Source of the DNA: a virus
Lineage: Duplodnaviria; Heunggongvirae; Uroviricota; Caudoviricetes
IMG/VR virus record: IMGVR_UViG_3300028840_006985
DNA: 64,000 bases
Strand: one strand, 5' to 3'
Shown here one piece after another: positions 56,535 through 64,000 of the stretch. The position numbers and the translations under genes were made by a program. The notes beneath the pieces are model-generated. The model was not told the DNA's origin. It did not search any database and saw only the letters and a program-made list of their open reading frames with translations. Numbering within the stretch: the stretch's first letter is position 1; every line of letters starts with the position of its first letter.

Positions 56535-57752
56535 ATGAATATATTACAGGCAAATAGATTATTTAAATCTTATCTTATTGAAGTTAACGTAAAACAATTA
56601 AAAATAAATAATCCGGAATATGTGGATTTTTTAGATAATTTACAAAAGTGGTCAATAGCTATACCTAATAAGTATTTTCAATGGGCATTAATTAAGAAGA
56701 AAAAAGAAAATATTGATATTAAAGAAGTAGTTGAGTTAATATTTAGATTTGAAAAATATGGTACTGATGGCTTAATGAAAGCCTCAATAGTTGGGCTAAT
56801 TGATAAAAAAGAAGTTAATATTGACTATTGGAACAAAAAGACTGTAAAAGATTTTAAGGAATTTCTTGACAGATTAGATTCATATAATGTTGATTTTAAT
56901 TCTTTAAGAACGAAGAAGTTTGAACGTAGGGTTTATAATGATGCTGACTTAGTGTATGAAGATGAACGAGTTATTATATGGCGGCCATTAGAATTTGATT
57001 CGTCATGTAAAATAGGCCAATCAAGATGGTGCGTAGCTGTTCCGGACAGAAGTGATTATAGAGATAGATCTATTGAAGGTGAGATTTTCTTTTATGTTAT
57101 TGATAAATTTATAAATCCAAATAACAATTCTCTTGCTTTTTCTGTTGTTATATTTAGCAAAGAAATTGATAAAATTAATGAATTATGGGATTATGATAAC
57201 GATCTTAGAGATGATAAGGAATATTTAAAGTATTATGGGCCTCAATTATGGAAAAAGATAATCAGTAAGATAAACGGATATGGAATAACTGCTGACATAC
57301 GTATTGATAGAGAGGAAGATGAAATATGGTATGGGGATGAGGTGTTATATGATGGCGATCCTCAAAAATTTATTGATGATTATTTTGTGGGCTACAATTT
57401 TACTTATTACGATTGGTCTGTATATAAAGATTTTATGCATGAATTTATTTCTAAATTATCAGGAGAGGTTACAGATCCGCTAGTTGCATCTTTTTCAGAT
57501 GATATTGAAGTAACCTGGATAGCTGATAATAAAGTAAAACTTGATTTTGATGATTATTATAATAATTTAGTTAATGGATTAAATAAAGACAGTAAAGAAT
57601 ACAAAGAGGTTACTGACTTGTATCATATGATATTGGATGAGCCTTTAAAATATATCATTGATGGTGAATTTGTTACAGAAGATATCGAGGCTAAAAATCT
57701 ATCTATAACAAGAAAAAATGATCCTAATAATGCTATTGGTTTTCAATTTTGA
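56535..57752 (+). CDS. PcfJ-like domain protein, paralog 2 of 3
   Basis: IWRP...SCKIG.SRWCVA, FFYVIDK; leader MNI...YLIE. Confidence 0.65.
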   Translation: MNILQANRLFKSYLIEVNVKQLKINNPEYVDFLDNLQKWSIAIPNKYFQWALIKKKKENIDIKEVVELIFRFEKYGTDGLMKASIVGLIDKKEVNIDYWNKKTVKDFKEFLDRLDSYNVDFNSLRTKKFERRVYNDADLVYEDERVIIWRPLEFDSSCKIGQSRWCVAVPDRSDYRDRSIEGEIFFYVIDKFINPNNNSLAFSVVIFSKEIDKINELWDYDNDLRDDKEYLKYYGPQLWKKIISKINGYGITADIRIDREEDEIWYGDEVLYDGDPQKFIDDYFVGYNFTYYDWSVYKDFMHEFISKLSGEVTDPLVASFSDDIEVTWIADNKVKLDFDDYYNNLVNGLNKDSKEYKEVTDLYHMILDEPLKYIIDGEFVTEDIEAKNLSITRKNDPNNAIGFQF

Positions 57753-57783
57753 GGTATAATTAATATAATGCGAATTGTTGTAA

Positions 57784-60700
57784 ATGTTAATTAAACGATT
57801 TGAATATAACTTTACCGGTACCATTGTAGAGATTGAGAAAAGTTTACCATATTATGGTAGGCTTACTCAGTCTGGTGATGGTAATTTGTTAATATCTATT
57901 TCGGATGGAATTGATTGTTCGTGGTGGAGTGGTTCAGCAAAGGCTCCTCATGCAATTGTTAGGGATGTAGCGCCGCTATATGGTGGCGATGAAGATAATA
58001 ATAGGATTTCTGGAAGAATTAACATAATTGAGACGAGGGTAGTGGATGTTGCCAGCTCAAGTAGTGAATGCATGGCAGGACTTGTGTTGTTTAATGATAA
58101 TCAGAATGCGATTTTTCTTGGCTATTCTAAAGATGATGATAAAATTCATGCTCAAAAAGGTTATAATGATTCTTTTTCTACTATTTGTAGCAGTGCAACA
58201 ACAGTAACTAGTCCTTTAGTTACTGCGCACAGATACAGAATTGCGTGGAATTCTAGTTCCTATCCAGTATCTTATGATGGTTTTGGGGATTTAATAAATG
58301 CTAATACTGTTGTTTTTTATTATAGCGATGATGATGGTTTTTCTTGGACGAATATCGGATGTACCTATACTTTTCAATTTTCAACTGATAAGTTAAGCGT
58401 TGGATTATATACAAGAAATTGGTCCCCATATCCTGCAGTAAGTGCAAAGTTTGATTATTTTATCGGCTATAATGCAAGTAATGAGCAACAGAGATACAAA
58501 AGAGATGCAGTAGCTTTTGAAGATTATTTTACCATTATGCCGATAGGGGGGAAGGCAAAACACAAGAGTCCAATTGGGGAGCGGGAAGGGTTAATTATTC
58601 CCGGACATAAAAATTCTACATATGGACAAAGGGAAAGAATTACTTCTGCAATAGAAGATGATTATCAATTTTTACCTGCAGGAGATAAGAGAAAATATAT
58701 AAATGTAGGACAAGATGAAAAGAATGCTCCATTGCTTCCAGGAGAGACAAAGCAGGAAGCTGCTGTATTTGAAGATTCTGGAAGTGGTTTCTTTGAGGAT
58801 ATTACCAATGGATCAATTCATTATAATACTGTAAAGCCAGCTGGAACATTTATTCCTGGACAGGTTACCACTTATAATCCTGACATAACAAATAACAGAG
58901 AGTGTGGCGCATGGGAGGATAGAGCTTTTTTTGAAATATCAGATATTGATTATGTGCAAGGTAAAGATGATATCCATGGAAACGAGTTTTTAAGCGGAAG
59001 GAATATTTTGCATCTTTTTTATTATGATGCTTCTAATGATATATGGAATAGCGGACTAACAGGTACTGGATATTATGGGGCCAAAAGGGATGGGACATTT
59101 GTTTATGATGGTTATGATTGTAGCCCTGGCGGATTTGGGACATTAGCTAGCGGGTTGAACAATACGGCGTGGGCTTTTGACGGCATAGAGCCGTTGTCGT
59201 CGGGTAATAATCCTGATATTAATTTGTCATTAATTGCAGATGATAAGATAAGGATTTCTTTAAGTTCTCCTTTTGCTGGTTGGAAAAGTAAACAAATAGT
59301 ATCTTATGGTAGGTGGTGTTTATCTGACGATTTTGATGTTGAATTTTCTTGGGAGAATTTTTCAGCTAGTGTAAGTGATGGCGGTATTTCGTTTAGAGTG
59401 ATAATTGATTCTAATAATTATTTTTACATAAGAAGGACTCCGGGAGGCGGGGGTAGGATCGATAGTAATGTACGCATAAATAATTCATGGGTTAGTTATG
59501 TTCAACATGGATCTAGCGCTACATCTGGAAAGTTTAGGATAACCAGATCTGGAAACACTTTAAGTGCGTATTATGATACAGGTGGAGGCTGGGTGTTTTT
59601 AAGAAGCTATTCTAACGATGTTTTAGCGAATGAGGTATTTGCTTGGATCAATGCAGGATTAAAAGATCCGACAAGTTATACTGTTGATGTGTTTGGATTT
59701 ACAATTAATAGTGGAATATATACTAATAAAGCGGGATGGTGGAGAGAAGGGTTTAATACTAATAGAGGTTTAAATGCAGAGTTTCCTCTTCATTCATTAG
59801 TGGTATGCACTGAGTCAACGGTAGAAATTATTGATGTGGATAATGATTTATTATGGATGAGATTTGTTAGGGGAGGAACATCGACAAGCGATGCAAATGC
59901 ATTGCATAATTTTAGTGGATATTTGCCCAAACCGAGAAGGGCATTTATAAAAAATGGAATGCTTTTAATTAGTTATGCCGTTGATGATTCTGCAAGCACG
60001 GAAGGTGGACTAATTGTAGTAGATTTTTCAATAGATGATATACGGATATGTCGTGATACGGCTAGTGCGATTACGGGAGGATCTTTGAGGGGTTGGAGCG
60101 ACGTGTATTGGGCGGCCACGGGGGCGTTGGGGACGACGGTATCTAATGGTTTAATAGCGGCCAGAAATGAGGGTGGAGGATATTATAGTGATAGGAATAA
60201 TTGGCAGATTAAAGGGTATAGGGGAAGAGACGCTGTATTTTACGAGAGTAGTGGATATATTTATAAAGCAATAGCTACAAAGGATGGATTGACTGTTCAA
60301 AAATGGAAGAGATGGTATTTGTTTGGGGATTCTGTAAATGCTGAAAATATAACTAGTATTCATTATGGCCATTGGAATATGAGTCATGATGTGACCTGGT
60401 GTTGGTTTGACGATTTAAGTGGTGATTTATTTTTTATTGCTACTAATGCTGGGACAGATACTTTTTATTATGTTTCAAAAACAACATGGGAGGGCGCTAT
60501 TTCTGATAGTGGAGGAACTTTTCCATATGATGAATCTTATACGATTTTAGGAACGAGAAATTATAAACAACAAAAGCATGCTGTATATTATTCAGAGGCA
60601 TTTTATGTTCCTTCCAATGATGGTGTATATAAAATATCATGGCCAAGCGGAGGTCCTCATGGTGGAATGGTTTTATTCTATGGTCAGCCAGGATCAGTAG

Positions 60701-60912
60701 CAACTCATGATATTTTAAATTCTGAATACGCTAAAGTGTTAATAGTAAACAAGTTGATGGATGGGGTGACTCCATATTTGGCAGTAGGTGTTGAGCATGG
60801 GGACAGAAAACAAACTTCTGGAGTTCTAATGGCGGTTAATTTAATAACAAATGAATTATTTGCTAAAAGTCCAATTGAATATGGTAGACCAGTTGTAATG
60901 GTATCGGGATGA
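57784..60912 (+). CDS. large tail fibre / receptor-binding protein (lectin-like plus propeller-like domains)
   Basis: Beta-rich; DFDVEFSW..KFRITRSGN.L.AYY lectin-like module; EFP..LVV..IID.D..LWMRF. Confidence 0.7.
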   Translation: MLIKRFEYNFTGTIVEIEKSLPYYGRLTQSGDGNLLISISDGIDCSWWSGSAKAPHAIVRDVAPLYGGDEDNNRISGRINIIETRVVDVASSSSECMAGLVLFNDNQNAIFLGYSKDDDKIHAQKGYNDSFSTICSSATTVTSPLVTAHRYRIAWNSSSYPVSYDGFGDLINANTVVFYYSDDDGFSWTNIGCTYTFQFSTDKLSVGLYTRNWSPYPAVSAKFDYFIGYNASNEQQRYKRDAVAFEDYFTIMPIGGKAKHKSPIGEREGLIIPGHKNSTYGQRERITSAIEDDYQFLPAGDKRKYINVGQDEKNAPLLPGETKQEAAVFEDSGSGFFEDITNGSIHYNTVKPAGTFIPGQVTTYNPDITNNRECGAWEDRAFFEISDIDYVQGKDDIHGNEFLSGRNILHLFYYDASNDIWNSGLTGTGYYGAKRDGTFVYDGYDCSPGGFGTLASGLNNTAWAFDGIEPLSSGNNPDINLSLIADDKIRISLSSPFAGWKSKQIVSYGRWCLSDDFDVEFSWENFSASVSDGGISFRVIIDSNNYFYIRRTPGGGGRIDSNVRINNSWVSYVQHGSSATSGKFRITRSGNTLSAYYDTGGGWVFLRSYSNDVLANEVFAWINAGLKDPTSYTVDVFGFTINSGIYTNKAGWWREGFNTNRGLNAEFPLHSLVVCTESTVEIIDVDNDLLWMRFVRGGTSTSDANALHNFSGYLPKPRRAFIKNGMLLISYAVDDSASTEGGLIVVDFSIDDIRICRDTASAITGGSLRGWSDVYWAATGALGTTVSNGLIAARNEGGGYYSDRNNWQIKGYRGRDAVFYESSGYIYKAIATKDGLTVQKWKRWYLFGDSVNAENITSIHYGHWNMSHDVTWCWFDDLSGDLFFIATNAGTDTFYYVSKTTWEGAISDSGGTFPYDESYTILGTRNYKQQKHAVYYSEAFYVPSNDGVYKISWPSGGPHGGMVLFYGQPGSVATHDILNSEYAKVLIVNKLMDGVTPYLAVGVEHGDRKQTSGVLMAVNLITNELFAKSPIEYGRPVVMVSG

Positions 60913-60942
60913 ATCTATTAATAACATATTAAGGTAATTTTA

Positions 60943-62145
60943 ATGAAAATCATTAATTATAATACGCAATTAAAAGAACTTTATTTTATTTTAACTGAAG
61001 TTAGTGTTAGACAGTTAAAAAAGCAAAATCCAGAATTAGAAATCTTTATTGATAAGTTAATTAGATTAGGATTGGATAATAAATATTTACAGTGGGCTGT
61101 TTTTCAAGTAAAAAATAAAAAAAATCATTGGAGATTTAAACCTTATGATAGCATTGCATTAAATCTGGTAGAGTATGCAAAAAGGTTTGATGTTTTTGCA
61201 AAATCGGGCAAGCTTAAAAAAGCTGTTGAGATGAATTTAATTAATCAAGCGCAAACAGATATTCAATATTGGCATAGGAAAAATATGTCTGAATTTGAAA
61301 TATTTATTAATAATATGGATTCATATGATTTAAAATCACGTAAGGAAGTTAAAATTAGCGGATCTATTCGTTTATATGAAGACGATAATGTTTTTGTTTA
61401 TGGCATTAAAAATCATAAGGCTGCAACTATTCTTGGAAGAAATACGCATTGGTGTATAACAGAAGATGATGGGGAATGGTGGGATAAATATGTTAATCAT
61501 CATGGATATGGTTTTGCATTTATTATTGATAAAAATGGGAATTCTAGAAAAAATAAGTTAGCAAAGATTGCTGTTCAGTATGATCTTGTTTTGGGAAAAG
61601 TTGAGAATTACTGGGACAGTGAAGATGAGATTGTTTCTAAGTCTGAAGTTGGTAAATATTATAAAAATTTTAGTAGAATCTTAAGCAAAATAGAATCATA
61701 CATGTCTATGTTGGAGCCAAAACTTAAAAAATATTATGAAGATGAGATATGGTATGGTGATATAGTATCTATGGACGGCGAGATAATTAAAGATAAAGCT
61801 ATTGAATGGGCTAATGGTGATTCGGAAATACAAGATTTGTTGGAACAATTTTATTTTAGAATTTCAGGAGTTGTTACATCTCCAATGATTACTGATCTGG
61901 ATGAGGATCTAAATCAGAAAATTATTATTTATTGGAACTTTGATGTTGATCGGTTTTGGACTTATGATTCAAAAGAATACAATGAAGAAGTTATAGAAAA
62001 ATTTGAAGATATTATATCTGAAATAGAGGATGATCTAGATGAAGAATCGTCAGAGTTAAATCTTAGTGATATTAGAGTAATATTTGACACAGATGATTTT
62101 GAAGAATTGATAAATACTTTTAGGGGAAGAAACTCGAGAAAATAA
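60943..62145 (+). CDS. PcfJ-like domain protein, paralog 3 of 3
   Basis: VYGI...ATILG.NTHWCIT, FAFIIDK..NKLAK; leader ending ILTE. Confidence 0.65.
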   Translation: MKIINYNTQLKELYFILTEVSVRQLKKQNPELEIFIDKLIRLGLDNKYLQWAVFQVKNKKNHWRFKPYDSIALNLVEYAKRFDVFAKSGKLKKAVEMNLINQAQTDIQYWHRKNMSEFEIFINNMDSYDLKSRKEVKISGSIRLYEDDNVFVYGIKNHKAATILGRNTHWCITEDDGEWWDKYVNHHGYGFAFIIDKNGNSRKNKLAKIAVQYDLVLGKVENYWDSEDEIVSKSEVGKYYKNFSRILSKIESYMSMLEPKLKKYYEDEIWYGDIVSMDGEIIKDKAIEWANGDSEIQDLLEQFYFRISGVVTSPMITDLDEDLNQKIIIYWNFDVDRFWTYDSKEYNEEVIEKFEDIISEIEDDLDEESSELNLSDIRVIFDTDDFEELINTFRGRNSRK

Positions 62146-62156
62146 TAACGAATGAG

Positions 62157-63302
62157 TTGAAATTATTTATTATGAGTTTATTTTTTTATAGTGGATCTAA
62201 AATAGGAATTGAGAAAAAGACACTTTCTAGTGGTGATGGGATAGTTTCACCTTTTTTACAACAAGTTCAAGCTGTTAACTATGATAGAATAAGATTTACA
62301 TTTAATAGAGAGATGAATTTTGGTGGGTTTATTGGTGGAGATCTGGTTGATATTTTAAATCCTGCCTATTTTATAGTTAAAGAACAGTTAACATCTAATA
62401 ATGTTAATATAGTTCGTGTTTATAAAAGAAGTGATACAGAAGTTGAAGCTATTTGTGAGAATTTATTAAATCTTCAGTATACTGCTGAAGTATCATCAGA
62501 CATAGAAGATATTTATGGTGTTAAAATAGGTAGTAATAATACGGCGACATTTACAGGATTGGTACCAACTTTTCCAGAGATTAATAATTTATATGGATTT
62601 TTTGGATTACAGACAGGGATACAACTGGTTGATATTCCTGGAATTGCTCCTGATGCGGAAGGGCCGATTGTATCCAATAAAGATCCCGATTCTGGTGATA
62701 CGGTTCATATAATACATAGAGTTTCGTTTGACATTACAGATGAAAACGGTGTAAATGCTGACAGTATTGTGGTTAGGATAAACGATAATGTTGCTTGGCA
62801 AAACAACACAGAGCAGGATGGTTTTACAGTAACAAAAACGACAATAATTGATGGTTATCATTTCGACATAGATAGCAATGAGCCATTTCCATCTTATTCG
62901 GCAATACCAGTAAGAATTCAGGCGTCGGATCTGTGGCCTATTCCTAATTCTTCTGATACTCAGTGGTCATTTAATACTGGCGCAAGGGGGCCATATGCCA
63001 TCTATCAATATCCGTCGCCGGACGGGACGGGGACTTCCAATTCTTTAATTACGGTAAAAGTGATTGCTGATTCAACGTTAAGAAAGGAATCAGTGAAAAT
63101 TTGGGTCAAACCTGGAGATGATGAAAGATATGAATTAGCGTTTGAATTTGATGCGGATCCTAAATTTACGACTTTATATAACGGTGTTGAAAGCATATGG
63201 GAGCCGATTGAAAAGGGAATAAAAGTTATTCTTGATCGAACGGAAGAGTACAAAGTAGGTGAAGATATTGATATAATTATACATGCGGCAGAGACAGCTT
63301 AA
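62157..63302 (+). CDS. Ig-like domain virion protein
   Basis: RIRFTFNREM, YTAEVS.DIED..G, GPIVSNKDPDSG, WSFNT; start uncertain. Confidence 0.7.
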   Translation: MKLFIMSLFFYSGSKIGIEKKTLSSGDGIVSPFLQQVQAVNYDRIRFTFNREMNFGGFIGGDLVDILNPAYFIVKEQLTSNNVNIVRVYKRSDTEVEAICENLLNLQYTAEVSSDIEDIYGVKIGSNNTATFTGLVPTFPEINNLYGFFGLQTGIQLVDIPGIAPDAEGPIVSNKDPDSGDTVHIIHRVSFDITDENGVNADSIVVRINDNVAWQNNTEQDGFTVTKTTIIDGYHFDIDSNEPFPSYSAIPVRIQASDLWPIPNSSDTQWSFNTGARGPYAIYQYPSPDGTGTSNSLITVKVIADSTLRKESVKIWVKPGDDERYELAFEFDADPKFTTLYNGVESIWEPIEKGIKVILDRTEEYKVGEDIDIIIHAAETA

Positions 63303-63375
63303 TGAATATTAGGATTTTAAATAATAAAGTCTTTTTTATTTTAAAACTGTATAATTTATATGTGGAATTTATAAA

Positions 63376-64000
63376 ATGCTTATAAGTGATTTGAAAAAAA
63401 TTAGCGAATCAGACGGTAAATATCAGATGCCAGACGAAGAGCATATTGACAAAATGCGTAAAGGATGGGAAAAACTATTATTTCAGTATAAATCAATTAG
63501 AAGTTATAATGACGCTGTATTATATCTTAACAATATGGAAGCATATATAGATAGATTGACGGAAGATGTTTTGATAAATTTTGGATTTTGGACAGCAGAT
63601 ATAAAAAAAGAGGAAACAATTGTTCAAAAACGGCTAAAACAAGCTAAAGATATAGTTAATAATGGTCAAAAATATGTTTATTATACGCCAAGAACAAATG
63701 ATGTTGATTGGAAAGAAGTAGTACTAGAACAGGTTGTACGAAAAATAGGTCCATATATGGGAAGTCCCGGCTTGAGATCTTTTGACATATTTAATATTCT
63801 TAAGAAGAATATTTCTGAAATTCAAAAAAGGTATAAAACAGGTATATCTGATTTTTCAATAGGAAAAATGAAAATAACATGGTGGCCAAGTATAGGTAGA
63901 GATTTGCATACCATAAAAGGTAAAATAATTTCTACATATAAAAACCCGGAATTTTATCGTGATTACGGTGTCAGAGAGATCCTTAGAGGGCCAGACTTAA
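63376..64000 (+). CDS. hypothetical protein with MLISDLKKISE leader (runs off window)
   Basis: ATG 63376, open to window end. Confidence 0.6.
   Translation, partial: MLISDLKKISESDGKYQMPDEEHIDKMRKGWEKLLFQYKSIRSYNDAVLYLNNMEAYIDRLTEDVLINFGFWTADIKKEETIVQKRLKQAKDIVNNGQKYVYYTPRTNDVDWKEVVLEQVVRKIGPYMGSPGLRSFDIFNILKKNISEIQKRYKTGISDFSIGKMKITWWPSIGRDLHTIKGKIISTYKNPEFYRDYGVREILRGPDL

Noticed and set aside
1-64000. Stop-codon reassignment, as in some large phages
   Set aside because: Long conserved genes are intact under code 11, and TAA, TAG and TGA all end genes at natural boundaries
1-64000. tRNA/rRNA genes, integrases, transposases, homing endonucleases, inteins
   Set aside because: No recognisable T-loop cloverleaf or catalytic motifs on manual reading; a tRNAscan/Infernal run is needed to exclude divergent RNAs

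Overview
An AT-rich (visually about 30% GC) 64-kb segment of a large myovirus (jumbo/huge-phage-like) genome, translated with standard code 11. It carries a contractile-tail module: putative neck and terminator, sheath, two gp19-like tube proteins, a gp26/gp51-like chaperone pair with a candidate -1 frameshift, a 1986-aa tape measure, LysM/tail-X, hub, Gp5 spike, gp25, baseplate-J, five paralogous collar-type proteins, two large paralogous fibre/RBP proteins and an Ig-like protein. The module is interrupted by two leftward accessory clusters (sigma70-family factor, RNA ligase, nucleotidyltransferase, two LRV-repeat paralogs), a ~6-kb island of small genes and stubs, and a repeat-rich non-coding region at ~25.7-27.1 kb that looks like a replication origin. 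The most striking unexplained pattern is about ten unrelated genes scattered singly through the structural operon whose proteins begin with similar short hydrophobic leaders ending in (I/L)-x-E. Their candidate cargoes include an ART-like enzyme, a HiPIP-like Cys domain and three PcfJ-like paralogs, and two of the genes sit between direct repeats. I interpret this, as inference, as a capsid-targeted cargo system. No tRNA, rRNA, CRISPR array, reverse transcriptase, integrase or transposase was recognised. Family names come from motif recall, not from searches.
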